DNA of 64,000 nt, from contig NC_068991.1 in the NCBI RefSeq assembly GCF_001194135.2, positions 41,153,382 through 41,217,381 of the forward strand. Direction: 5' to 3'. How positions within the stretch are numbered: the stretch's first letter is position 1; every line of letters begins with the position of its first letter. The notes under the pieces are model-generated. The model was not told the DNA's origin, did no database searches, and was given only the letters and a program-made list of their open reading frames with translations. Both the position numbers and the translations under genes were made by a program. Source of the DNA: Octopus bimaculoides. Lineage: Eukaryota. Positions 50,366 to 62,500 of the stretch are shown in pieces.

Positions 50366-51720
50366 GATATATATGTATATATACATACACACATACTGGG
50401 AAATGAAACTTGATGATGATGAAGAAAATATGCAAAGAAATAAATGGAACAGATCGGGAATATGTGTTTATATATATATAGGATCTTTCTATATATATAT
50501 TGTGTGTGTGTGTTTATATATTGTGCATACTTGCTTTCGTCTTGAGTGATATATATTTATTCACAGAAGATACGTGGTGATTATATATTTATTGCACAGC
50601 AAATTTCTTGGTGAAAAGATTGATTGTAAAAGGTATAGACTCAGACGATGTTTTCTTTATCCCTGGACGAGTTGGGGGGGGGGGGGCAAAAAAACAAAAC
50701 AAGGAATAATCGAAAACCTGGCATTCATTTAAAGAATTAAACTATTTTAGCTACATAAATTGCATGATTGCTTCTTTAAAATCATATCTCCACGATGAAT
50801 GAAAATCATTTGAATTGATATGTATATATAGGACAAATTTACATACATGCATACATACAGTCAGATGTACGTATGTATTTACGTATTACGCAAGTACATA
50901 CGAACGTACGTATATACGATAAAGTTTTCTTGTGGAATATTATTGTCCCAAATAGGTGAAACATTAACCCAATGAAATTAAATTAAATTAGAATTAAAGA
51001 AACTATAATTAGAAATGTCTAAGATTAATCGATTTTTACAAGCTGAAATATATTTTAAATGTAGAACAAATTTACATGATTATTTATCTGTTCTCCCTGC
51101 AATCATCACCACTTCTCTTTTAAAGACAAATCGTTTGAAATCATTCAGTAATTAGATTTTGATACTTGGGTCAAAGGTCAACAGAACTTGATTGCAATAA
51201 GCGCGACATGTGTTACACAGGCGATGTTTTAAGGTTTAACAATTAAACAATTAAACATCTCTAGCGTAAACAATTATAGTGACAGATGTAAACATTGCTA
51301 TTCATAGATACAGTTTTTGTTTTTTGTTTTTAGAAAAAAACCCATTTTGCTTCAATTTTCAGCTGTTGCTAGTTTTGCACATAAATAAATAACTGGACTG
51401 ACAGCAATAATTCTTAATGCCTTTTAATAATTTATAAAAGAGATCTGTCCAACTCACCAGTCTGATCTGGGTACTAACGAGTACGTACGGCATTTTGCAT
51501 ATGAAAATTATTCGCGATGTCACTTCGATACATAAAACTATTCTACTGACAGATTCCGATATTTGTCAACTGCGCTTGACATCTTGGAACATACGGAAGC
51601 ACAAAGAGGAAGTAAATTCTATGGAAGCGATTTCATAGAGGTGAAAACCAGATAACTCAAAGAGCTGATTAGGCTTTGTTAAGGTGGTTCAATAAGCTCG
51701 AAACATGCCTGGAAGTGTTA
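49780..51720. promoter_or_regulatory. CpG-retaining promoter/first-intron region of GCHFR
   Basis: By eye, CpG is much more frequent here than in the flanks; includes (CG)n runs and ETS-like CGGAAG/AGGAAGT just upstream of the ATG. Confidence 0.55.
51458..51493 (-). CDS. GCHFR: GCHFR exon 1 (coding part, MPYVLVSTQIRL)
   Basis: Minus strand reads gcaaa ATG CCG TAC GTA CTC GTT AGT ACC CAG ATC AGA CTG then GTGAGT donor; 36 nt, phase 0. Closely matches the GFRP N-terminus (human MPYLLISTQIRM, from memory). Confidence 0.95.
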
Positions 51721-52117
51721 TTAAGGTTGCCAAAGATTAGAACCCTTTGGTCCACTTTGCACATCTTCATTTAATTTTTAGTTGATTGAAATTTTTAGGA
51801 TAAACCAAGAGAGTTCTTTCCCCTGCCTCCTCTGAAAATAAATATTCACTAACTTTTTTTTCCAGTTCACCATGTACTGTAGCCAATACTTAATAATGTT
51901 CTTCATGTAGAAAGCACCCTTGGACAAATTTCCAATGTCATATTTAATTTGTCTAATAAGTAAACGTTCTTCATACCTACACACACAAAATATTCCTGTT
52001 TGTTGTTCTCAGATCTTGGCAGTTGTTGAATAGTCAATGTTTTATTACTGAAGTCCGATAAGATTGGAACATTCTTGGAATTGTCATCATGGCTGCTGAA
52101 TATCAGACTTCCTCTAC

Positions 52118-52321
52118 CCTCTCTTTTACTTGTTTCAGTCATTCGACTGCGGCTATGCTGGAGCACCCCCTTTAGTTGAGCAAATTGACCCCAGGACTTA
52201 TTCTTCGTAAGCCTAGTACTTATTCTATCGGACTGTTTTGCTGAACTGCTAAGTTACGGGGACGTAAACACACCACCATCGGTTGTCAAGCGATGTTGGG
52301 AGGACAAACACAGACACACAA

Positions 52322-52368
<47 letters not shown>

Positions 52369-52410
52369 CGACGGGCTTTGGTCGGCCCGAGGCTATAGTA
52401 GAAGACACCT
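52118..52410 (-). mobile_element. tRNA-derived SINE family A running into a gap
   Basis: Same family as 8232-8515. Confidence 0.85.
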
Positions 52411-52952
52411 NNNNNNNNNNNNNNNNNNNNNNNNNNNNNNNNNNNNNNNNNNNNNNNNNNNNNNNNNNNNNNNNNNNNNNNNNNNNNNNNNNNNNNNNNN
52501 NNNNNNNNNNNNNNNNNNNNNNNNNNNNNNNNNNNNNNNNNNNNNNNNNNNNNNNNNNNNNNNNNNNNNNNNNNNNNNNNNNNNNNNNNNNNNNNNNNNN
52601 NNNNNNNNNNNNNNNNNNNNNNNNNNNNNNNNNNNNNNNNNNNNNNNNNNNNNNNNNNNNNNNNNNNNNNNNNNNNNNNNNNNNNNNNNNNNNNNNNNNN
52701 NNNNNNNNNNNNNNNNNNNNNNNNNNNNNNNNNNNNNNNNNNNNNNNNNNNNNNNNNNNNNNNNNNNNNNNNNNNNNNNNNNNNNNNNNNNNNNNNNNNN
52801 NNNNNNNNNNNNNNNNNNNNNNNNNNNNNNNNNNNNNNNNNNNNNNNNNNNNNNNNNNNNNNNNNNNNNNNNNNNNNNNNNNNNNNNNNNNNNNNNNNNN
52901 NNNNNNNNNNNNNNNNNNNNNNNNNNNNNNNNNNNNNNNNNNNNNNNNNNNN
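52411..52952. other. Assembly gap
   Basis: Run of N. Confidence 1.
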
Positions 52953-53061
52953 GGAATGCAGCTTTTCAAAATTTATCTCTTAAAAACATTTAACTCAACG
53001 GTAGACCACTGGTTTCTCAAACAAATGTTTTTAAGAGATAAATTTTGAAAAGCTGCATTCC
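52953..53061. repeat. Perfect 39-bp inverted repeat with a 31-nt loop
   Basis: 52953-52991 GGAATGCAGCTTTTCAAAATTTATCTCTTAAAAACATTT is the exact reverse complement of 53023-53061. Confidence 0.95.
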
Positions 53062-53532
53062 CTCGCTTTCGGTAAATATGTTGCTTATTTTTGGTAGTTT
53101 TTTTTACTTATTTAGTCCCTCGATAGCGTGAGGCATTAATACACAGTTAATGCCCTTTATATATAATTAAATATATCTATGAAGAAACGATGAATTTTTT
53201 CATTATGAAATTTTTCGTTATTTTTTCATTATGAGGTTTTTTTTCACGCTGACTACTTGATAAATTCTTATAAAGAATTTATCCTATATTATATTATATA
53301 TATATATAGTTCACAGATGAGATACAGATATTCTCCATGTAGAAGACACTTAGTAATACTCAAAAGATTCAAACTTAGACTCCGATGTCTTTACAAGGTA
53401 AAGAAAGGTTATAAGAGGGATTGAGTTGTGTGGGTATATAAGCAATTATTTGAATAAACATATTTTGTATTTGATGTATTTAATATATTTAATATATTAG
53501 ATGTGTCTAATTTGTTTATCCACATAATTTGC

Positions 53533-53566
<34 letters not shown>

Positions 53567-53648
53567 ATGCTCGTGTGTGTATGTTTGTGTGTGCATGCAT
53601 GTGTGTGTGTGTGTGTGTGCATGTGTGTGTATGTACGTGTGTGTGTGT
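53533..53648. repeat. (GT)n-rich microsatellite
   Basis: Direct reading. Confidence 0.95.
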
Positions 53649-53989
53649 AAGTTAATTAGAGGATATATTAACCTCTTAATGGGATGATTACATCCAAGAA
53701 TACTCTGGTTCAATACCTTACATCTTTGGGAAATAAATTTCCCTAAATCAATAGGTATATATTAAACATATAATCCATATTCAATTAAGAGAAGAAAGTG
53801 GAGAGTTAATGGTTAATAAATATTTATTAATAAATTGATAACCATTCATTTTTACAATTGTTTCAATTTGTACTCCTACAATAAATTACAATATTTCCCT
53901 GATGATATTTTGCTCATAACTTATAAATGCAGATTCATTGCATAAATTTGGAATTTATTGAATGAGTACAAATTGAAACAAATGTAGGA

Positions 53990-54659
53990 ATGAATGGTTA
54001 TCAATTTATAAAGAAAATAAGGAATGACAAACACGATGATGTGATACAGAAATCTCCATTTGTACCTGCAAGTAGCCTGGTATTGAGTGATCAAACTGGT
54101 GGCAATAGAGGAGCATTTGAGTTTTTCTCTTTCATTCAGAGCAAGTGGCACCCTTGCACTGAATTTTTGGATTTTATCCACTGAGCAAAGGTGACAGGTG
54201 ACAGTATCATGAAATTATCCTGTCTGCTGGGCTAATTCTCTTGTGGATTGACATCAATCAATCTTCAGTGAACTGAACAGTTTGACTGGACTGTGAAGAG
54301 TCTGTGAGGTTGAATTTCCGTTTTTTGAAGAAGGAAAACCATTTCTGTGCAGTTCTGTCAGTAATGGCACCTTCTCTGAACACAGCACAAATTTCTTGAG
54401 TGGTTTTGGCAGCTTTGGAACCTTGATTGAAAGCAAAGAGAACTAAATGTTGAAAATGCTCGTTTTTCTCTACACGGCACTCCATCATCATATGTCTGGA
54501 AGTAATTTAAATTTATTCAAATTTCAAAAGTGATAAATAAAAGTTGTTGAGGAAAAATAACACTAAAAAAAACCCATAAAACTTGACAACAAAAACATTT
54601 TTCATATTAATTCAAATAACTTTGGAAAGAAACAAATGAACTTATCTGATGATCCAATA
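53990..54659 (-). mobile_element. Mariner 5' half (HTH through start of the DDD domain) with one TIR
   Basis: EHFQHLVLFAFNQGSKAAK..EICAVFREGAITDRTAQKWF (mariner HTH), then KIQKFSARVPLALNE (WVPHEL-like) and RFLYHII. TIR-like TATTGGATCATCAGATAAGTTC at the right end. Confidence 0.85.
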
Positions 54660-56279
54660 TATATCATCACCATCCTCATTTAACATCCATTTTTCTTGCT
54701 GGCATTGTTTATATGGGTTGACAGGATCCCTTAGGCTGCAGAACTGCATCAGGCTTCAATGTATGCTAATGATAGTTTTCTCACTAATATTATAATTCCA
54801 ATTAATAAAATATTTTCATCCCACTCATCCTAATTATTGTGACCTCCAAGTATCTAAATATATTACAGAGTTATTAGAGTGAAATCATTTTGAAATGTTC
54901 ATATATTCACGTTTTTAAAACACTTTTTTAGCGATACAGAGAGAATATTAAAAATCAAGTTGTAAGTAAGTGTACAATAAATGATGATTTTTGATACTGA
55001 AATATCATTGAAAGAAAATTATGATTTCTTACTTACACATAGAAGAGAGGGGGACAATATTTTGACGAGCACTTTTATCTTAGTGACCCAAGAAGTGGGT
55101 AAAGACAAATCCAGGAGGATTTGAACTCAGAGTATACTTAGCATATTACAGTGTATTTTGTCCAGTGCTTTATCTATTCTTCCATTGTGTAAGATTACAA
55201 ATTGACAAATATTTTTTTGATTTAGGCACAAGGCCAGCAATTTTTGATGGGAGAGGGCTAGTTGATTCTATTGACCCCAGAAACTGACAGGTACTTTATT
55301 TTATCAATTCCCAAAAGATAAAAGGCAAAGTTGATCTTGGTAGAATTTAAATGTAGAACATAAAAAAACTGGAAGAAAAGAAATACTGCAAAGTAATTTT
55401 TCTTGTGCTCTAATGACTGTCAGCTTACCTTATATAGTGCAGCTGTCACATTTTCAGTCCTCATTTGCTGATAAAATGTCTTTATCATCAAAACTGAAGA
55501 AAACATATTATTTTGTTTTGATTCTGTTAATTATTTTCTTATTCATTTATTTTCTCTGACCATCAGAAATCTGTTTATCAACCACCTTTCTCAAAGACTT
55601 GACTTCAAAATTGCCAGCAATTTATCAATTCCCTTCTCTCATTTCTTAAACTTATTATTAAGTAAACAGAGAAAAGAAACAGGAAACATATCTTGGCCTT
55701 GAGTGAGTTTTATGAGCTAAGCAAGATGTGTTCTAAAATAAAGTGAGAACCTAGAACTTATTGCTTTGAACTTCAGTATTTTGCTCAAAGCACTGTACAG
55801 TACTTTGTAAGTATATTCTTTAGTCAAGATATGTCTTTAAAATATCTGAGATGGAAAGAGTAGATGAGGGGGTCAAATTAATATTTATATAAAGTTATCT
55901 ATTATTTAATATTACAAATATAACTCTATATGAACGAATATTTATGTAAAGTTATCTCACTTATTATTCAGTTATTGTGGTTCCTTTGATATTTCTTTTT
56001 AATTATTATTTGGTTTTACTATTTACTGAAGTGTATCTATTTTGTAACAGAAACCAGAAATAGTCAGAAACAATTAGAAACAGAAAACCCACTGTGATGT
56101 AATACACAACATGACCTTTATGAATGTATTTATTTATGAATGTAAGGACAGGACACTTTAGATCACTGCACCTTTCGAATGAGATGGCAAGGGACAGAAA
56201 TACCTGGTGCTTTGCTGTACTCAAGAAGATCTGTCCTCCACAGCAGAAGTGTTAAAGCCACATCCCTTGGTGAAGAGAA

Positions 56280-56545
56280 TTGGCCTGCAAGAGTCCTGTG
56301 CCAGTGCCATGTAAAAAGTACTTATGTTGGTGCCATGTAAAAGGACTCATGCCAGTGGCTTGTTAAAAGTACCCTACATACACTATAAAGTAGGTGGAGT
56401 TAGGAAGGGCAACCAGCCATAGAAACCAAACCAAACCAGACTGGAACCTGGTGCAGCTTTCTGGCTCGCCAGCTCCAATTGAACTGTCCAACCCATGCCA
56501 GTATAGAAAATGGACGTTAAAGGATGATGGTGAAGATGATGATGT
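56280..56545 (+). mobile_element. Old RTE LINE 3' tail
   Basis: GTTAGGAAGGGCAACCAGCCATAGAAACC and CCCATGCCAGTATAGAAAATGGACGTTAA. Confidence 0.75.
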
Positions 56546-56773
56546 ATTTAGATTAAAATAAAAAAATGAAATGGCAAAACATTTAGCATCACTTACTTTG
56601 TCATTTTTCATTTTAATCTGTATCAACCCACTCAAAGAGAAATCACTTCTAGCTGCCTTTGATAGGCAGTCTCAACTCCACACTTTACAGCTGCAGAATT
56701 TTAGTGGTAAACTAAACTGAGCACTCATAGTAATATATCTATTACATTACATCAGTTGACAAAAAATTCCTTG

Positions 56774-56850
56774 TATATTCTCTATGAATATATTTATATA
56801 TTCTCTATGAATATATTTATATATTCTCTATGAATATATTTATATATTCT
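56774..56850. repeat. 23-bp minisatellite, about 3.3 copies
   Basis: Unit ATATTCTCTATGAATATATTTAT repeated exactly. Confidence 0.95.
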
Positions 56851-57323
56851 ACTGATTTGGTAATTACACATAATTTCATATTGCAATGATTACCATGTTT
56901 AACACTGAAATGGAGGAATTCAGTTCTGATAATTGATAGTTGAAATTCACATTATTAATTTTCTGAAGTTTGAACCATTTATTTATACATTTGAATTGTA
57001 GATAGCCATTTGCATTCTGACTGTATTTTCCAAAAATAATTTTTGGATAATTTTTTTTAGTATTTACTATCAACCATGTATAGTGCATTGAACCCAACAA
57101 ACTGTGGAATATTTCTTGTTATAGTTGGAAAATCTTGGCTGCATTCCTGGATTTGATAGTTCTGCTGATATGAATCTATTGCATTCTTTTGGCTCTAATG
57201 CTGTCCTTTTTGAAAAAACTAACAATAGCAATGAGGTGACCCATGTTTTTGAAACTCTATAGTTCACATGTTCTGCAATTTCTCCCAGAATGCCTTTTCT
57301 ATTACACCACCTTATAAATTTTT

Positions 57324-57690
57324 AAGGTGTTACTTTGGCGTGTGATCTACAACTTCAAGGGTGAGTACTCTAGATTAGTTTTTAGCTTCTTTATGCTGAA
57401 AAACTCATAGCTGCCAAACTTGTGTGATCTACGCACTTATTCTAATTATTATATTGTTTATTCTTGGTTTCTTATTATTTACTAAGACATAATTGAAACA
57501 TGGTTTTATTATTATTAAAATAGTAAGAATTTTGAAAAAATACATTTACAATGCTAAGTATGTACAAAAGAATTTATTGTAAAAGTTAATGTTAAAATGT
57601 TAAGTGATTTTAGAAATTGAAAAGTAAACTAAAAAGTAATCTAAAGTAATTGCATTTTAGGTTGCAGATCACATGCCAAAGTAGCACCTT
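57324..57690. mobile_element. MITE with 30-bp TIRs, Kolobok-like termini
   Basis: AAGGTGTTACTTTGGCGTGTGATCTACAAC (57324-57353) vs reverse complement of 57661-57690, 3 mismatches; TTAA-like flanks. Confidence 0.65.
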
Positions 57691-58571
57691 TTAAAGTTTC
57701 CTATAGAAACCTTTTTGTATATTCTGGTCTTTCAGCAGCTCTTTGCCTAGGATACACACTTTAACTAAAATGTTTTTCAATTCTGACTATATGTATACAA
57801 TTCTGTATGTGAAAGGAGTGATAAAATACTGTTTTTCAAATGTTTGTACAATTGCCATAGAACTTGCATGTGTCATACATATCCTAGGAAGGTTGGTGCT
57901 ATGATTATTCTTTTAATATTAATTGATTTGAAAGTGGCAAGCTGGCAGAATTGTTAGCATGCCTGGCAAAATGCTTAGTCTTTATGTTCAAATTCTGTTG
58001 AGATCAACTTAGCCTTTCATCCTTTTAGGGTCAATAAAATGAGAACCAGTTGAACATTGGGTCGATGCAATCAATTATCCACATCCCCCAAAATTGCTGG
58101 CCTTGTGACAAAATTTGAAACCAATATTTATTGATTTGGTGTCAATATGACCATAAATAATTTGATACGATTCAGCTGTGAGAAATTTTTTTATTTATCT
58201 GATCCAGTTTAATCTGGTTTCTCCAGTTTTAAATATACATCACAGTAATGGTCTTGTGTTGAATGATATGAATAGTGAAGGTTATTGAAATCATTATCAT
58301 GAATTATTAGCCTATATTTGTAGTAATCTATGAATGTTATCTCTTTAGACCTCCTTGCAACATTGCATGTTAAGCCAGCTTTTCACTCCTGATCACAGAA
58401 AGGGAATAACAATAGAAATTGCATTGAGTCATTGTTTGGATGAAGAGACTAAAATGTTTGAAATTAAGCCTCTCTTATGACAACCCTTTTATGTAACCAT
58501 AAAAGTTGTTCTGGATGAAGTGTTTCCAAGTTAGTGTCTAGTATACAACTTCTACAATTGCCCAATTGTAT

Positions 58572-59016
58572 TGTAGGCGACAGGGCCACCATCATTGGGT
58601 AACCCTATCCCGTACAAATCAATTCTCTTCAATAAAAATGAAAACGCTGGATAAATTGAATAACAGCATAACAAATATTTATTATGAGGTGCTCAGCCTA
58701 CACCTGGGGTAACAGAATTACCAGATCGCCCTTTATGGTTGGTGTGAAGACGGTGTCGATGCTGGTTGATTAAGTCATTCTTCAGCCTCCAAAGTAGTTT
58801 GCGTAGACTCAAAGGTAGAGTTGCGGAGCGGCTCTTAGTGACCTGTCGTCTCCTCAAATGTGCAGCACTAAGAGGTCGAGAAAAGGCGGGAACGCTTTGA
58901 TATAGGATGACCACGCATGTGCATGAGGGATTTCCTGCATGCTTTCCGGAAGACATGTCCCTGCGCATGCGTAGACGAACTTCCCAAAATGGCGACTGGT
59001 ATTAGGCGTCACTACA
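58572..59016 (-). mobile_element. Solo LTR, Ty3/Gypsy-type (445 bp, 4-bp TSD GTAT)
   Basis: Starts TGTAG and ends CTACA; GTAT at 58568-58571 and 59017-59020. In minus orientation: promoter motifs, TATA-like CTATATCAAA (58896-58905), AATAAA (58678-58683), T-rich U5. CpGs retained. Confidence 0.85.
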
Positions 59017-59584
59017 GTATCTTCAGATACTAAGCTTAGAGACACTATTATTTTTCAGAAAAAATGAAAAAAATCTTACATATTAATAGTACCCAGATAT
59101 ACTTTGCTATTATCACGAAACCAAGCAGCAAATTTATTTCTTGATATTATCTCCAGAAGTGATGTCTTAATGTCTCTGTCAAATGTGTTGATCATTTGCA
59201 TCCTCCGGTCTAGTTGATATAATGTATCAGAAATATTAATTTGAGCATATCCTAGTTCTTGACACTCTAAATATATCTGAAGGCTATTGATGAAAGACTT
59301 ATTCACAGTTTCTATTTGAATTTTCTTCTTGAATACCAGTTACTTCTGAAGGTGTAAAAGCTAATGCTTAGTTATAATGTTAATGCAAGCTTGGAAGTTT
59401 CAACTCTTGAGATTAGTTAAAATTAAAAGTTCTTGACGTTCTGGACATGAATCTGGAATATAGGATGGAACCAGCTGTCTGTTACCAAAACATAAATTGA
59501 ACGTAGGATTTATCTTTGAGTTGCTTGAATTTTTTTTTCTTAAGTATATTTCTTGATCATATTTGGATCATTTATCATCCATCT

Positions 59585-60045
59585 TTTGAAAGTGACATCA
59601 TATGACAAATATAAATGGCATCAACTATAGCTTACAAACTCTGGAATTAAATATTATAAAGCAAAGTCAAAGCAGAGAATTGGTTAATGCTAGAGTACAT
59701 GAAACTACAACTCAAAGATCATTAAGTCAAGAAGCAGGCAATCAAAGAAAAATTGCAAAGGCAGTCACTAATTACTCAGTAAGGATGAGCTAATTGTCAT
59801 GTTTTGAAATGTTTCCATAGTTTTCCTATTCTATTTGAAGCAGCACAACATTATTGGATAAGTTGTAGTTGTCTTTGCAATGGATCTTTTTGATTGTCTG
59901 TTTTTTGACTTTGTGATCTTAGATCCATAGTTTCATATATCCTAGCATTGACCAAACTTCTGTCTTTGTCTCTGTTTTGTAGTATTTTTCCCAGAGTTTG
60001 TAAGCTAGAGTACTCAAATTTTTGGAACTGTGACTTTGAAACCAA
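59585..60045. repeat. Diverged long palindrome (arms about 190 bp)
   Basis: TAGCTTACAAACTCTGG at 59628-59644 and its reverse complement at 59991-60007; the arms remain alignable inward to about 59780/59855. Confidence 0.8.
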
Positions 60046-60779
60046 TAAACAAAACAAGAACTTTTGACTGAACCAAGGGAATAAGATGAAAACTATCAAA
60101 ATAATTTTTTGAATGGTAATAGCAGAAGCAGCATTAACAATAATGCAAATAGCCACTATTATGACCCTGATGACAATAACACTGCCAATGTTGATGCCAG
60201 CATAATGGAAATTCAAGCTACAATAGTTAATGATAACTACATCAACTTAACTGGTTAGTTGGTTGGTGGTGGATCTCTGTCCTTCAACAGTGAGGATTCA
60301 GTTGTTCAATCAACTGAAATACCTGCTCCTGAATTAACATGTAAGTGGTCAAGCACTTCATAGATATGTTTACTCTGTAATTCTCAGGCAGAATCAGCAT
60401 GACATGGTGTGTATAGCAAAGCTGCATCTTTTGAATTACAGGTACAATTCACTGATAGGCTTCTATGCAGTTTCTCTCACAAGGTATAGGTCAACCCGAG
60501 GTTATAGAAAGGGACATTTACCTAAGATGCCATACCATGGGATTGTACCCAGAACCTTGTGTTTGTGAAACAAACTTCTTTACTATCTGGCCAACCAATT
60601 TGAACTACCTCCACAATAAAATAAAACATATTTAGGATAACATTTCTTTAAGAGTAGTGAACAATTTTTGATCACATAAATGTAACCATAGATGCCACTC
60701 TTCTGTCGGCCTTCTTCACAATCCCCCACATAGGTGAAATTACTGATGTCCCAAAGAGTGTGCAAAACTCAATGCTGGA

Positions 60780-62240
60780 TGCTATACTGGCATTTTTACT
60801 ATTGAAAATGCCAATGTACCATCTTCACTGCTACTGACCTGCAATGCTGCAATGACACTTCAAGTGTATGGGCAACTATGCCTCCCCTGGTCTTGGTGGT
60901 GTTACTTATCTCCTTCTCAAATATGGAAGTCTCTTTCCACTGCACCAGCTTTGACTACTTTTCCAATTCTGCCTTAACTGCATTATCCTAGAACAGTGGA
61001 GAATTGCCTATGTTATTCCCCTGTTCAAAAAAATGTCACTGTACATAACCTGTCAATTAAGGTCCAGTCAATCTCACAAACTGAAAGAGTCCTGTATCAG
61101 AGAGATGCTTAAGAACTCCTGGAACTCCTATAATCTTAGTTGACTCTTGCAACTTGGATTTATACCAAACTCCAGATATTGCAACTAATCCATCAAGACT
61201 CATGGGTGGATGTTATCTATCTTGACTTCACCAAAGTCTTTAATTCTGTGCTACACAAATGGCATATGGTAAAGTACTCTGCAATGAGTGTGAAGGTTAA
61301 TCTTTATAACTGATGGAAGACCTTAAATCTTGGTTGAAAAGAGGTAGTCACAGTTTTAGGACAAAATTTTACACCTTACACGATGACATCTGCTGCTAAC
61401 AGGGAACTTTTCTTAGTCCCCATCCTCTATTACTTGATGCATACATTAATGAAATAGAGGCCAACTTGAAGTGTGTTATACAGACAGTGTTAAGCTGTAC
61501 CTAGAGATAAAAAGAATGGATCCTATACACTAGAGATCTTTCCTGCAATCTGACCTGGACACAATGTAGCAATAGATTGTTAATTGGCAACTTGAGTTGG
61601 CTGTAGACAAGTGTATTACTATGCATTTGGGGAGATAAGATCCAGAATTTACCAACTCCCTCTACAACACCAACTTTAAGAAGTCTGCAGGTAGATGCAT
61701 CCTAGGTGTTATTGACAACAATGGTCTGTATTGGATGAACCACATTTTAAAATCATCAAAAAGGCTGAAGGTGTCTTAGTAAGATATTTGTCATCTGGAC
61801 ATCAGTTATTTATTTAAAACTATATATGGTTATAGTATGTCTATACTTAGAGTTTGCATTTCCAGTCTGGAATCAACCTCCATGTTGTTCATAATACTGA
61901 TCTGCTGGGGGATGTACAGAGACATACAATCAGATAAAAACCCTCTGCCAGTCACTTACCATATTGAATGTATTTCTTCTCTGGACATTGAAACACTAAA
62001 GTTTCAATGTCCAGCAGCTGACTTGGTAAAAGCACACAAGGTTATCCACTATCTTTCCAACAACAACTGTGACCACCTTTTTGAATTCAATACCTCTACC
62101 CCTTGTGGGCATGCTTTAAAAACAGCAAAATGCAACACAGTGCCCATGACTTCTGGAAACATATTTTCACTCAGAATTGTTGAATTATAGCTTAAACATC
62201 CACCTTAGTTGTTAGCTGTCAGAACACTCTTCAAAAATTT
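60780..62240 (+). mobile_element. Decayed CR1-clade LINE RT and 3' region
   Basis: WRIAYVIPLFKK, VDVIYLDFTKVF, LQSDLD, KCITMHLG remnants in RT order. Confidence 0.8.
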
Positions 62241-62244
62241 CATG

Positions 62245-62500
62245 CTTCTTGAGATTTTCCAACACTACTCCTGACGTGCTTATGGTTCACTACAACTTGT
62301 TGGAAAAAGATAAAAAAGAAAACATAAAGCATTAATAAAGACAGTGAAGATAGCCAAAAGTACATAGATAAAACACAAGAAGATAGAAAAATAAACAGTA
62401 AAATAGCCATAAAGAGAAAAAAGCCATAAAGAGAAAAAATAGCCATAAAGAGAAAATAGGTGAAAAGTAGTGTTGGCAAATTTCAGGAAACGTGTCCTAG
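62245..62500 (-). mobile_element. Older inverted copy of the 63783-64000 MITE with an internal AGCCATAAAGAGAAAA triplication
   Basis: Its reverse complement aligns to 63820-63975 (TTTATGGCT, CTTGTGTTTTATC, TATGTACTTTTGGCTATCTT, TTTTCCAAC). Confidence 0.7.

Noticed and set aside
38261-53048. Long ORFs of 227-313 aa in the ORF track near 38.3, 45.2 and 52.3 kb
   Set aside because: Artefacts of translating through N gaps and microsatellites.
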